From the NCBI GenBank assembly GCA_963758745.1, contig CAVWWW010000002.1, positions 188,829 to 252,828 on the forward strand: a stretch of 64,000 bases of DNA. Reading direction: 5' to 3'. The translations under genes were made by a program, and so were the position numbers. This document shows, piece after piece, positions 1-10,751 of this stretch (position 1 is its first letter; each line of letters opens with the position of its first letter). This DNA is from an uncultured Acidobacteriaceae bacterium (GTDB lineage: Bacteria > Acidobacteriota > Terriglobia > Terriglobales > Acidobacteriaceae). Under the pieces are notes generated by a model. That model searched no databases and had not been told where the DNA came from. It saw nothing but the letters and a program-made list of their open reading frames with translations.

Positions 1-789
1 GTGGCGCCCTTCACCGTCCTTCTCGGCAATGGCGACGGAACATTTCAGGCTCCCATCAGTTACAGCATGGACCCCTGTCGGCGCGGGGAATTTGCGGTCG
101 CGGACCTGAACGAAGACGGAAAGCCCGACCTCAGTATCGCGAACTATTACGCCAGTAACGGTTGCAGTAATATCGGCCTCACCGTTCTTCTCAACATTAG
201 TAAGGTGGCAACCATCACTTCCCTGACTTCGTCGCTGAACCCAGCCCTGGTCTTGCAATCTGTCACCTACACGGCGGCAGTCACCAGCGAATTCATTGGC
301 TCGACAACCGGCAGCGTGACTTTCAAATCCGGCACCATCGTGCTTGGTACCATCTCTCTGCAGAATGGACTCGCTAGGATTACAACCGCCTTCAACACAT
401 CAGGAAGCCAATTTATTACCGCTGAATACTCGGGCGACATGAATAACACGAGTAGTACTTCGGCCTTTCTAAGGCAGGCGGTTGAAAAGTTTAAGACCTC
501 CGCGGTTATAACCTCATCAATCAATCCTTCATTGTTCCCCGGGCAATCGCCAACGTTCACCGCTTTCATCACTTCGATCTCTGGAGCAATTCCGAACGGC
601 GAGTTGGTGATCTTCAGTGACAATACCGTCCCGCTGGTTGCGACTAAGGTCAGTGGTGGAAGAGCGTCAACCATTTTCTCCCCTCCACTCGGGCCGGGAA
701 TCCACATCATTACGGCCACGTATGATGGCGACCCATTATTTGCAGGCAGCGTTTCGCCACCGCTGAAGCAGATCGTCAACCAAAATTGA
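1..789 (+). CDS. C-terminal part of a large secreted FG-GAP/VCBS-repeat protein with tandem bacterial Ig-like domains (5' end outside window)
   Basis: The ORF is open from the window edge. LLGNGDGTFQ...ADLNEDGKPDL is an FG-GAP/VCBS-type repeat. It is followed by about three ~85-aa repeats of the pattern T..TSS.NP...GQ.VTFTA.V.....G.V.F..G...LG...L..G.A, which is Ig-like (Big_3_5-type). Stop TGA at 787-789. Confidence 0.6.
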   Translation: MAPFTVLLGNGDGTFQAPISYSMDPCRRGEFAVADLNEDGKPDLSIANYYASNGCSNIGLTVLLNISKVATITSLTSSLNPALVLQSVTYTAAVTSEFIGSTTGSVTFKSGTIVLGTISLQNGLARITTAFNTSGSQFITAEYSGDMNNTSSTSAFLRQAVEKFKTSAVITSSINPSLFPGQSPTFTAFITSISGAIPNGELVIFSDNTVPLVATKVSGGRASTIFSPPLGPGIHIITATYDGDPLFAGSVSPPLKQIVNQN

Positions 790-857
790 AAATGGTATGA
801 GCTGGTGAGCTGAGCCTTGTGACGCCTGGTAGATTGGCGCTTATCACATTGGCCCTA

Positions 858-1733
858 TCAAACTAACGGGTGGCCCACGATTCGCTCCAGGATCCGCAAC
901 GGCGAACGCTCTGGATCGTTCATAGCGGTAACCGGCAAATAAAATGTCTGCTCAAAAGCGAACTGGCCAGACATGGCGGCGTGAGACACCGAATCCGTGT
1001 AGCACGCCCAAGTCGTGCCCGGCGGAATTGCCAGTTCCACCTGCGGGACCTGAGACTGATAGCCTTCGTCCGCCTTCATTCGGTCGTGTATGCCCAGCAT
1101 AAAATGATCGTAGGGTGTACGCCGCCCTTTCGTGATCCGTAGCCACGAGAGCATCGACGCCATCCATTGCTGCGGCTGCCCAATTCCGGGCAAAAGCTTG
1201 GCTGCGGCCTGCTCGAATGTCTCTCCCACACGCCAGATACGTGGTTTCTCGGGATTTACATTGGTGAAGACACGGAGAATTCGCAAACCTTGCATCGGGC
1301 GCGATGGAAAGGCGTCCACGTGCAGACGCGTATCATCGTGGCGCCACGACGTGGTCCGGCCCGCGATTTCAGCCGGACGAAAACTCGCGAATCCCGGCAT
1401 CAGCTGGTTGCCATACCCTGGACACAGCGCCCTCACTAGCCCGGAGGCCCGATCGTAGTAGCGCTGTAACATATCCCGAAGTCCGTCGCGAGTTTCTCCC
1501 CGGTAGCCAGTGCCCTTCAAAGCACCGGTATCCGGACGAAAGCTGACGTTTTTCGATTTGCCATCAAGGCAATCAGGAGAAAGAAACTGCCGCTCGGCAT
1601 CTGTCAGTTCGAAAGGAAGCTGTTGTGCGTAAAGCAGTTTTCCCGCCTCGAGCGCATTACCGGCTTTGCACACGACCTCCGCGGAGAATGGGCCTTGCCA
1701 GGAAATAATATCGAGCGCTTCTAGAATTTGCAT
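858..1733 (-). CDS. Kdo hydroxylase-like Fe(II)/2-oxoglutarate dioxygenase (KdoO / Kdo_hydroxy family)
   Basis: The blocks SWRHDDTRLHVDAFPSRPMQGLRILRVFTNVNPEKPRIWRVGE, YDHFMLGIHDRMKAD and HAAMSGQFAFEQTF match my recollection of the Kdo hydroxylase family. The ORF stays open up to 1856. I prefer ATG 1733 (MQILEALD...) because it leaves a ~160-bp divergent promoter region. The start is uncertain. Confidence 0.6.
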   Translation of the reverse strand: MQILEALDIISWQGPFSAEVVCKAGNALEAGKLLYAQQLPFELTDAERQFLSPDCLDGKSKNVSFRPDTGALKGTGYRGETRDGLRDMLQRYYDRASGLVRALCPGYGNQLMPGFASFRPAEIAGRTTSWRHDDTRLHVDAFPSRPMQGLRILRVFTNVNPEKPRIWRVGETFEQAAAKLLPGIGQPQQWMASMLSWLRITKGRRTPYDHFMLGIHDRMKADEGYQSQVPQVELAIPPGTTWACYTDSVSHAAMSGQFAFEQTFYLPVTAMNDPERSPLRILERIVGHPLV

Positions 1734-1897
1734 TTTCCTGAAATTCCTGGTTTCTCTCGCCACAAAATGCTTTGATGGTGCCTTAAACGCTACTTTAGCA
1801 CTCAATGGCAGGAGCTCTTGAGTGTGATATCTGCGATGATATTTGGATCTTGCCATCGCAACACAGGCACGGAACCATTTACGCGGAGAATCTTAAT

Positions 1898-2275
1898 ATG
1901 GAACGACTCAACAAAGTGGCAACCAGACAAACCTTGCGGCTCACGCACTACGGCCGTAAATCCGGCAAGCCCTATGAAGTTACCATTTGGTTTGTGGTGG
2001 AGGGAGACCGGATTTTTGTCGGAACAGCGAACGTCGATAGGCAGTGGGTCCGCAATGTTCAGAAAAATCCGCAAGTCGGCTTGGCGATCGGAGGCGAGCG
2101 ATTCGAAGGCAAGGCATCTTTTCTTACTGATCCGGCTCAACATAAACACATACAGGCGCTGATGCTGAGAAAGTATTGGATGTATTCGCCGATTTTAGTG
2201 CTTGGCAGGATGCTCATGACCATCGGGCTTCTGCAGGATCACAGCGGCTCATTCGAGGTCATACTCAACGGTTGA
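1898..2275 (+). CDS. Deazaflavin (F420)-dependent nitroreductase-family oxidoreductase (DUF385 / PNPOx-like split barrel)
   Basis: HYGRKSGKPYEVTIWFVVEGDRIFV and QWVRNVQKNPQV resemble the signature of the DUF385/Ddn-like family. Start set at ATG 1898 (GGAG 11 nt upstream). The ORF is open from 1805. Confidence 0.55.
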   Translation: MERLNKVATRQTLRLTHYGRKSGKPYEVTIWFVVEGDRIFVGTANVDRQWVRNVQKNPQVGLAIGGERFEGKASFLTDPAQHKHIQALMLRKYWMYSPILVLGRMLMTIGLLQDHSGSFEVILNG

Positions 2276-2589
2276 ATTCGAAATCTTCGTTGGACCACCG
2301 GAAAATTAGAGTCATAACTGTTCTCAGCGGAAGCGTGATTCAAAATGGAAATTGCCTGGTCGTTACTGAATTAGAAATATGAGTATCTGTCGGCTGTAAG
2401 TGAAATCGATTCTCTGCTAAACTTTGCATATAAGTTCGCGCAAGAGTTTCATGGGGCAATCCAGACAGGGCCAATCTTAGGAAGTTTCCTGGCGTAACTG
2501 GGAATAATTTTTGGGGCGATCGCTGGAATTCGATCTGGCCAATCATACTTTTATAAGGTTCCAGGTGGATCGTTCAGGTAGGTTGAGCC

Positions 2590-5500
2590 ATGGCTTCGCA
2601 CCCTGCGGAACGAGAACGCTATTTCCCGGCACAAGCGCCAGTCTCTTGGGATCCGATCCGGCGGGACCTCGAAGAAAATCAGGACTGGTATCGTGATCTG
2701 GTCGAACACAGTCAAGACCTGCTCTGCGTCCACGACCTGGATGGCCGACTCCTGTCGGTCAATCCCGTTCCAGCGCGTCTGCTGGGCTATAGCGTAGAAG
2801 AGATGCTGCGCAAGCGGCTGCAACGATTTCATCGATCCGCAATTTCGCGATCAGTATTATGCTTATCTGCGCGAAATCGCGCGTACAGGAGAGGCTCGCG
2901 GCCTCGTGGCGGTAGTCACGCGATCGGGTGAGCAGCGCATCTGGGAGTACCACAACACTCTACGAACCGACGGAGTCTCAGCGCCAATCGTTCGCGGAAT
3001 CGCGCATGACGTAACCCAGCGCGAACGAGCCGAGGCAGCTCTTCGCCGGACCAATGCAGAATTGACAAAGACCACACGCGAACAGAAGTTACTGCTCGAT
3101 GGCCTGACTCTTTTCCGAACCTTGCTCGACCAATCGAATGATGCGATAGAGGTAATAGACCCTAAAACCTTGCGTTTTCTCGACGTGAATCAGAGATCGT
3201 GCGACGAGCTGGGCTATAGCCGGGACGAGCTTTTATCGATGACTGTCTTCGATATCGATCCATTACTCGACGAGAGTTCGTCGAAGCGAGCATTACAGCA
3301 ATTGCAGGAGTCGGGTTTCGCACTTAAGGAAAGCGTACATCGCCGGAAAGATGGAACGACCTTTCCCGGTCGAAGTGAGTCTGCGAAAAGTTTGCAACTG
3401 GACCGGGAGTTTGTCGTGGCCGTGTCCCGCAACATCACCGCGCGCAAACGCTCCTGCGACAGGCTGCGAGAGTTTGAAAGGGTAGTCGAACATTTGGAAG
3501 AAATGATTTTTGTGGTAGACCGGGATTATCGCTACGTTCTTGCTAATCGCGCGTTCTTAAGCCGACGTGGAATGACCAAAGAACAGGTTGTGGGGCAGCC
3601 GGTAGCGGAAATATTGAACCCCGGCGTCTTTGAGCGAAGCTATTAAGGCAAAGCTGGATGAGTGTTTTCTGGGCAAGGTCATCACTTATGAATTTACTCA
3701 CACCTATCCGGAATTGGGTGAGAGAGAGTTACTGATCACCTATCTACCTGTCGAAGGCCCGGCCGGGATTGACCGTGCAGCTTGTGTTCTTCGAGATGTC
3801 ACAAATGAGAGGCGGGCTGAAAAAGCGCTTCGGGAGAGTGAGCAACTGTTTCATACCATCTACGAACGCGCCCCAGTGGGTATAACTCTGGTAGATTCCC
3901 GTACCGGTCGATTCCTGCGAGTCAATTCGAAGTTCTGCGAGATTACCGGGCGCAGCGAGACCGAACTACTCCAGTCTGACATATCGAACGTCAGTCATCC
4001 CGACGATATCGACGTGTCACAAAACTACTTGACGCAGTTGGCCGAAGAAAAACTGACAAGCTACGAGATAGACAAACGGTATCTTCGTCCCGATAGATCT
4101 GTTCGCTGGGTCAGGGTCCTGGCAGTGCCGATGTGGGCCAAGGGAGAGACGCGCCGATGGCACATGGCTTTGGCGAAGGACATCACTGGAAGGAAGCATA
4201 CTGAGAGCGCCATCGCGACGCTGGTGCAACAGGTGCAATCCGATAGCAGCGAGAACTTTTTTAACTCCATGGCTATTCAACTCGCCAGGTGCCTCGAAGC
4301 CGACTACACGATCATTGGTGAGGTTATCCCAGGCGAAAAAGACAAAGTAAGAACAATTGGGGTTTGCGGTCACGGCGTGATCGAGGGGAATATCATATAT
4401 GATCTGGCCGGTACTCCTTCCGAGGCAGTTCTCCGCCAAGGCACCTGCTCATTTCCCGCTGGTGTGGCCGACCTGTTTCCGCGAAGATGTTCAGCTAAAA
4501 CAGACGAACATCGAGGGATATGTTGGGACTTCTTTACGTGATTCACAGGGGCGTTTGCTTGGCGTCATGGTCGCTCTTTACTGCCGGCCGCTGCCGAATA
4601 AAACCTTTGCAGAAATGATTCTGAAGCTATTCTCGACGCGAACCGCGGCAAATATTGAGCGCAAGCGCACAGAGGAGGCTTTGCGGCAAAGCGAGGAGAG
4701 GTTTCGGGTGGCTATCAAACACGCCCCGATTTCGGTGTTCAATCAGGATTGCGATTTGCGCTACACCTGGAGTTACAATTCGCAGCTTCCATTGCCCGCG
4801 GACGAGAAAGTGGGAAAGACGCCGGTCGAAGTATTCGGTTCGGTGGACGGCGGGCGCATTGCCGAAGCCCGGCGAAGAGTGCTCGAAACAGGAGTTGGAG
4901 TGCGTCATGAAGTCCAGGTCAACTGGAACGGCAAAAAACGCTACCTGGACACAACCATCGAACCCGTAGTGAATTCCTCGGGAACAGTAATCGGTCTGAC
5001 CGGTGCCAGCATGGACGTTACAGAGCTTCGCGAAATTAGCGAAGCATTGCGCGAAGCCAAGAAAAAACTGACAGAGGAAAAGCTTTATCTCGAACAGGAA
5101 ATCGATACCGAACTTGGTTTCGGCGAAATCATTGGCCAGAGCAAGGCCTTGCAAGCTGTCATGGAGCACGTTGGTAAAGTCGCATCTAGCGACGCTACCG
5201 TTCTGCTGCTCGGCGAGACAGGGACGGGAAAGGAACTCGTGGCACGGGCGATCCACCGATTGAGCCGGCGCGCCACCAATAGCTTCATCAAAATGAATTG
5301 TGCCGCAATTCCCTCCGGACTGTTGGAGAGCGAATTATTCGGCAATGAAAAGGGTGCTTTCACCGGCGCTATCAGCAAGAAAATCGGACGACTCGAACTG
5401 GCCGACAAGGGCACGCTTTTTCTCGACGAGATTGGAGAGATTTCACTGACTCTGCAGCCCAAGCTGCTCCGGGTCTTGCAGGACCAGGAGTTCGAACGGT

Positions 5501-6060
5501 TGGGTGGCACGCATACTTTGAAGGTCGACTTCCGCCTGATCGCGGCCACCAACCGCGATTTAGCTGATAGCGTGCGCGAAAACGAGTTCCGAAGCGATTT
5601 GTATTACCGGCTGAACGTGTTTCCGATTCGCGTCCCGCCGCTGCGCGAGCGGCGCGAGGATATCCGGTTGCTCGTCGAGTATTTCGTTCAGAAGTGCGCC
5701 CGGCGAATGAACAAGCTGATTACAAGCATTCCCAGGAAAACCTTGGATACTTTGATGGAATGGGAATGGCCGGGGAATGTGCGCGAGTTGGAAAATTTCG
5801 TCGAGCGATCGGTGATTTTGACCCAGGGTCCGGTGCTGGTTTCGCCCTTAAGCGAACTGATGGCGACTTCTGCGCAAGCAAAAAACACAGATGAAACTCT
5901 GGAGACGACTGAACGTGAGCACATTTTACGCGCACTGCGCGAGACACGCGGGCAGATCGGCGGCCCGAAAGGTGCCGCTGCGCGTTTAGGATTAAAACGG
6001 ACGACACTGCAATCGAAATTGAAGCAGTTAGGAATCAATCCGCGGTCCGCAGATCAGTAA
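2590..6060 (+). pseudogene. Sigma-54-dependent Fis-family transcriptional activator with several PAS domains and a GAF domain; reading frame broken three times (pieces 2590-2931, ~2825-3646, ~3636-4541, ~4483-6060)
   Basis: The C-terminal piece carries the AAA+ sigma-54 interaction module (GETGTGKE, GAFTGA, RVPPLRERREDI) and a Fis-type HTH (AAARLGLKRTTLQSKLKQLGI). Upstream are PAS domains and a GAF-like domain. Domain sequence continues across three frame changes: ...EEMLRKRLQ|DFIDPQFRDQYYAYL (about 2824), ...ILNPGVFE|EAIKAKLDECFLGK (about 3635) and ...PAGVADLFP|EDVQLKQTNIEGYVG (about 4482). Confidence 0.8.
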
Positions 6061-6171
6061 AAGCGATCAGTAAAACGAGTTTGCGCCGCCTACGACGCAA
6101 ACCCATTCCGGCCCCGAGAACAGCGCATCTCGAAACTACCCGAGGGACACAGTCTTTCCATCACGTTGAAC

Positions 6172-6420
6172 TCATGCCCTCTTGATGGCATGAAACACCA
6201 CCAGCAAAACAATTGATCCGATGACAGCGACCACGAGACTGTAGATGTTGACGCCGGTTACGCCGTGTGCCCCGAAAAAACTGAATAGCCATCCGCCTAC
6301 GATGGCGCCGACGATCCCCAAAATGATGTCAAGCAACAATCCTTCTCCCGACTTGTTTACAATCTTGCTTCCGATAAAACCAGCAATTAGCCCCAGCACA
6401 ATCCAAGCCAGAATCGACAT
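6172..6420 (-). CDS. GlsB/YeaQ/YmgE-family (transglycosylase-associated) small membrane stress protein
   Basis: 82 aa with three hydrophobic helices. WIVLGLIAGFIGSKI...GLLLDIILGIVGAIVGGWLF is the typical family pattern. AGGAGA lies upstream of the ATG. Confidence 0.8.
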   Translation of the reverse strand: MSILAWIVLGLIAGFIGSKIVNKSGEGLLLDIILGIVGAIVGGWLFSFFGAHGVTGVNIYSLVVAVIGSIVLLVVFHAIKRA

Positions 6421-6615
6421 TCGACTTTTCTCCTAGACCAGGATTTGAAAACTGTCTTCTAAACAGTCAAGCCGCGACTCTAGCAGAAAGCATGGCGCAT
6501 GGACAGAACTTCAATTTTCAGGCGACAATTCCATATTTCAGGTATTGCCCAACCCTCGACCCAAAGCGCGTAATAGGATGCCGCGGCAGGGCAATCGGTT
6601 ACAATCCTCCCGCGA

Positions 6616-7327
6616 ATGAACCGCGAATACCGCAAGCAGTATAGCCACGAATTAGGGCGCGACATGGAATCGCTGACCTACGGGCACGCTGGCCAGCCGA
6701 TTCTGGTTTTTCCAACTTCCATGCGCCGCTTTTTCGAATACGAAGATGCCGGCATGATTCGAAAGCTGAGCGGCAGGATAGAAGGCGGAGCGATCCAGGT
6801 ATTCTGCGTGGATTCTGTCGACCTCGAGAGTTGGTACAACCGCAGCGCGCATCCCGGAGCGCGCATCTGGCGCCATGTGCAGTACGAACGCTATGTGATC
6901 AACGAGTTTCTGCCATATTTGAAGTGGACAAATTGGGCCCCCCAAATCGCGGTAACAGGATGCAGCTTCGGCGGCTATCACGCACTGAATTTTTCCATGC
7001 GCCATCCGGATGTGGTATCGGCTTGTGTAACCATGAGTGGCTCGTTCGACATCAAGGGTTTTCTCGACGGCTACTATGACGATAATTGCTATTTCAATAA
7101 TCCACCAGATTATCTGCTCGAATATGAGTGATGAATGGTTTCTAGCCCGTTTGCGCCAGATGAAGATTGTGCTTGCAAGCGCGGACTGGGATATGTGTCT
7201 GGACGCCAACGTCAAGATGTCGGCGCTTTTGAACAGTAAATGCATTCCGAATTGGCTGGATATCTACGGCGATAATAGCAAGCACGATTGGCCACTGTGG
7301 CAGCGGATGGCGGTTAAGTACTTTTAG
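6616..7327 (+). pseudogene. Esterase-family serine hydrolase (putative esterase, PF00756-like) with one +1 frame break near 7117
   Basis: Nucleophile elbow GCSFGG. The sequence ...CYFNNPPDYL continues in the +1 frame as NMSDEWFLARLRQMKIVLASADWDMCL...HDWPLWQRM, the conserved C-terminal third of this family. The two ORF pieces are 6616-7131 and 7037-7327. Confidence 0.65.
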
Positions 7328-7348
7328 GCGAGCGGAGGCGCCTAGATT

Positions 7349-8337
7349 ATGGCTGATAAAAAAATTGGAATTCTATTTGGAATGGAGAATACCTTTCCGC
7401 CGGCTTTCGTCGAGAAGGTCAACTCGATGAAGGCCACGGCGTGAGTGCTGAATTTGTAAAAATTGGCGGTATCCGAATGGATGAGCCAAAGAAATACGAG
7501 GTCATTATCGACCGCATTTCGCAGGATATCCCTTTCTACCGCGCGTATCTGAAGAATGCGATGCTGCAAGGGACGATTGTAGTGAACAATCCCTTCTGGT
7601 GGACGGCAGACGACAAGTTTTTTAATTACGCGCTGGCGCACAAGATGGGCGTGGCGATTCCGCCGACGGTGATTTTGCCGCATCACGCCCACCCTCCCGA
7701 TACCACCGACAAATCGATGCGGAATTTGATTTATCCGCTGAATTGGGAAGAGGTTTTTGCCTACGTGGGATTTCCCGCATTCTTGAAACCCTATTCCGGC
7801 GGTGGCTGGAAACACGTTTATAAGGTGCATTCTCCGGACGAATTTTTCCACAACTACAACCAGACCGGCGACCTCTGCATGACGCTGCAGCATGGCGTGG
7901 AGTTCGAAGATTATTACCGCTGTTACGTAGTCGGCCAGGAAAAAGTGCACATCATGAAGTATGATCCCAGACTTCCTCATCATGACCGCTATGTGACGGG
8001 TAACCCGCAACCCGGTCCAAAACTGAAAGAGAGAATTGAAAATGATGCGCTGTCATTGTGCCGCGCTCTCGGGTACGACTTGAACACGGTAGAGTTTGCC
8101 GTGGAAGACGGCATTCCATACGCGATCGACTTCATGAATCCCGCGCCCGACGCGGAAGTCACATCGGTAGGGCAGCAGAACTTCGACTGGATTGTCAACG
8201 CGGTCGCGGAGATGGCAGTGAAGAAAGCACTGAGCGGGCGAAATCCGGTAGAAGAATTGCGTTGGGCGGCATTTTTGAATGGACCAAAGGCGGTAGAAAG
8301 CATGACTAAGAAGATTCAGAACAGGATGGGTGCCTAG
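7349..8337 (+). pseudogene. ATP-grasp domain ligase; a -1 frame break near 7435 separates a 30-codon N-terminus from the body
   Basis: ATG 7349 gives MADKKIGILFGMENTFPPAFVEKVNSMKA, then a stop. The body (GTG 7441 onward: VSAEFVKIGG...FPAFLKPYSGGGWKHVYKV...YRCYVVG...) is ATP-grasp-like. The short upstream ORF reads like the usual N-terminus of such ligases. This is the only break in the window that needs -1 rather than +1. Confidence 0.6.
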
Positions 8338-8505
8338 CAATCCTTCGTCGCAACCTTCGATTTCGACTATCTCTTACCCGATCCCATAGAACTTGGACAC
8401 GCGGCTTTTCCTGACCACGTTACCCGCGAACTTAGGGTAGCATTGGTATACTATTTGGACTCACTGCCGGGCTCATTTCTGCCTGGCAGCATTGGCTGCG
8501 CCGCG

Positions 8506-9645
8506 ATGAAGCCTACATTCACGCTGGGAATCGAGGAGGAATATCAGACCGTCGATCCTGAGACGCGGGATCTTCGATCGCATATTCACGCCGAAATTAT
8601 TGAAAAAGGCAAGTTGATTCTGCAGGAGAGGGTCAAGACCGAGATGCACCAGTCAGTGGTCGAGGTCGGAACTTCGGTCTGCCACAACATCAAGCAAGCG
8701 CGGGAAGAGCTGAGGAATCTGCGGCATCACATGATCCGGCTGGCCCGCGAGAACGGGTTGCGCCTCGCTTCGGCAGCGACACATCCCTTTGCCGACTGGC
8801 GCGTGCAGGCGCTCACGCCCGGAGAGCGCTACAAAAATATTGTTGAGGACATGCAACTGGTCGCTCGGGCTAACTTGATTTTCGGGCTGCACGTGCACGT
8901 CGGCATCGAGGATCGCGAGGTCCTGATCCAGATGATGAATCATGCCCGTTATTTCATTCCTCATCTTCTGGCCTTGTCGTCAAATTCGCCTTTCTGGCTT
9001 GGTATGGACACCGGGCTGAAATCGTATCGCTGCAAAGTGTTCGACAAATTTCCGCGAACCAATCTGCCGGATTATTTTCCAAGTTGGGGCGAGTACGAGA
9101 ATTACGTCAAACTGCTGGTCAAGACCAACTCAATCGACAACGCCAAGAAAATCTGGTGGGACATGCGGCCGCATCCATTCTTCAACACGCTGGAATTCCG
9201 CGTGTGCGACCTTCCGATGCGTCTTGAAGAGACAATCGCTTTGGCGGCTCTGATTCAGGCCACGGTAGCCAAGCTGTATAAGCTGTACTCACAGAATCAG
9301 GGATTTCGTCTGTATCGAAAGTCGCTGCTGATGGAGAACAAGTGGCGCGCCGCGCGCTACGGAATCAACGGCAAATTGATCGACTTCGGCAAGCAGATGG
9401 AAGTTCCGGAACGCGATCTGATCGAAGAATATCTGGAATTCGTCGACGACGTGCTCGATGAATTGGATTGCCGCGAAGAAGTGCAGTATATCCGTGAGAT
9501 CATGAAGATGGGCACCGGCGCGGACCGGCAGCTGCAGGTGTATCGCGAAACCGGCGATATGAAGGCCGTGATGGATTACATCATTGAAGAAACTGAGGTG
9601 GGCGTGAACCAGGCAGACAGTTTCCCTACCGCCCGGGCGGGCTGA
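8506..9645 (+). CDS. Carboxylate-amine ligase, glutamate-cysteine ligase family 2 (YbdK-like)
   Basis: FTLGIEEEYQTVDPETRDL..., GLHVHVGIEDRE, SSNSPFW and LEFRVCD are GCS2 hallmarks. Start set at ATG 8506 (MKPTFTLGIEEE); the ORF is open from 8443. Confidence 0.8.
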   Translation: MKPTFTLGIEEEYQTVDPETRDLRSHIHAEIIEKGKLILQERVKTEMHQSVVEVGTSVCHNIKQAREELRNLRHHMIRLARENGLRLASAATHPFADWRVQALTPGERYKNIVEDMQLVARANLIFGLHVHVGIEDREVLIQMMNHARYFIPHLLALSSNSPFWLGMDTGLKSYRCKVFDKFPRTNLPDYFPSWGEYENYVKLLVKTNSIDNAKKIWWDMRPHPFFNTLEFRVCDLPMRLEETIALAALIQATVAKLYKLYSQNQGFRLYRKSLLMENKWRAARYGINGKLIDFGKQMEVPERDLIEEYLEFVDDVLDELDCREEVQYIREIMKMGTGADRQLQVYRETGDMKAVMDYIIEETEVGVNQADSFPTARAG

Positions 9646-10721
9646 TGAGCCTGACAAAGACCGGTATGCAATCCGGTGCGCAATCGAATGCACAATCCAA
9701 CCGACAACTGAATAAATTAACTTTTGATCCCGAATTGACGCCGGGCGCGCGGAATGCAGTACGCGTGTGCCTCCGCGTGCAACCTTCCGAAAAAGTCACC
9801 GTCATCACAGATGAAGCGAGCCTGGAGATCGCGGCAGCGATCGTGCATGAACTGGAAGACGTTGGTTGCCGCTACCTGACATGGGTACTGGAAGATGTGG
9901 CGACCCGTCCGCTGACGGATTTGCCGCCCGTGATCGCCGACGATCTCGAATCAAGCAAGGTGAGCATTTTCGCCGTGCGAGCCCAGACCATGGAACTAAA
10001 ATCTCGCATGCAGATGACGGACATCGTCAACCGAAATAAAATCCGGCACGCGCACATGGTCAACATCAAGAAACGGATAATGCTGGAAGGCATGCGCGCG
10101 GATTTTCTGAAGGTGGATAGGCTGAGCCTGAAAGTGTTGGAGACGTTGCGCAACGCCAAACAAGTGCGCGCCACCACCCCTGCGGGTACCAAACTGGTCG
10201 CGGATTTGAATGCGAACTACCGTTGGATCAAGACGAGCGGAATCATCAGCACCGAAAAATGGGGAAACTTGCCAGGCGGCGAAGTGTTCACCACGCCGGG
10301 CGAGGTCAATGGCACGTTCGTCATTGATGGGGTAGTGGGCGATTATTTGTGTGAAAAGTTTGGCGACTTGAAGAACCATCCCCTGACAATTCAAGTGAAG
10401 GGAAATCGATTAATCGAGGCGCACTCGTCGAACAAGGAATTGAAAGACGATTTCTGGGCCTACACCCATACCGATGAGAACAGCAACCGCGTCGGCGAGT
10501 TTGCCATCGGAACCAATATAGAACTGAAGGATGTAATTGGAGAGATTTTGCAGGATGAGAAATTTCCCGGCGTGCACATCGCCTTTGGCAATCCCTACGG
10601 CGCGCACACAGGAGCCGAATGGTTTTCGTCAACTCACATTGACGTCGTGGGCCGGAAGTTCGATATATGGGTCGATAATCAGCAGATCATGCGCAGTGGG
10701 CAGTTTCTGATTGAGGCGTAG
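9645..10721 (+). CDS. M29-family aminopeptidase (AmpS/PepS-like)
   Basis: GNLPGGEVFTTP, EFAIGTN and THIDVV motifs. The ATG overlaps the upstream TGA (TGATG at 9643-9647), suggesting translational coupling with the GCS2 ligase. Confidence 0.75.
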   Translation: MSLTKTGMQSGAQSNAQSNRQLNKLTFDPELTPGARNAVRVCLRVQPSEKVTVITDEASLEIAAAIVHELEDVGCRYLTWVLEDVATRPLTDLPPVIADDLESSKVSIFAVRAQTMELKSRMQMTDIVNRNKIRHAHMVNIKKRIMLEGMRADFLKVDRLSLKVLETLRNAKQVRATTPAGTKLVADLNANYRWIKTSGIISTEKWGNLPGGEVFTTPGEVNGTFVIDGVVGDYLCEKFGDLKNHPLTIQVKGNRLIEAHSSNKELKDDFWAYTHTDENSNRVGEFAIGTNIELKDVIGEILQDEKFPGVHIAFGNPYGAHTGAEWFSSTHIDVVGRKFDIWVDNQQIMRSGQFLIEA

Positions 10722-10751
10722 GAGAGAACGTTCGTCACTCCACGATCTTCC

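Noticed and set aside
267-779. Long antisense or out-of-frame ORFs throughout the track (e.g. 267-779, 13613-14263, 13842-14420, 17448-18245, 18345-18959, 22334-23107, 22791-23627, 23724-24353, 26287-26874, 34433-35197, 57325-57885, 60811-61488, 61993-62946).
   Set aside because: Each lies inside a gene on the other strand or frame that has clear family motifs. Their translations are Arg/Ser/Pro/Gly-rich low-information sequence, typical of shadow ORFs in GC-rich DNA.
6079-6102. Hairpin GTTTGCG-N10-CGCAAAC between the convergent sigma-54 activator and glsB-like genes.
   Set aside because: It has a 7-bp stem, a 10-nt loop and no U-tract on either strand, which is too weak to call a terminator.
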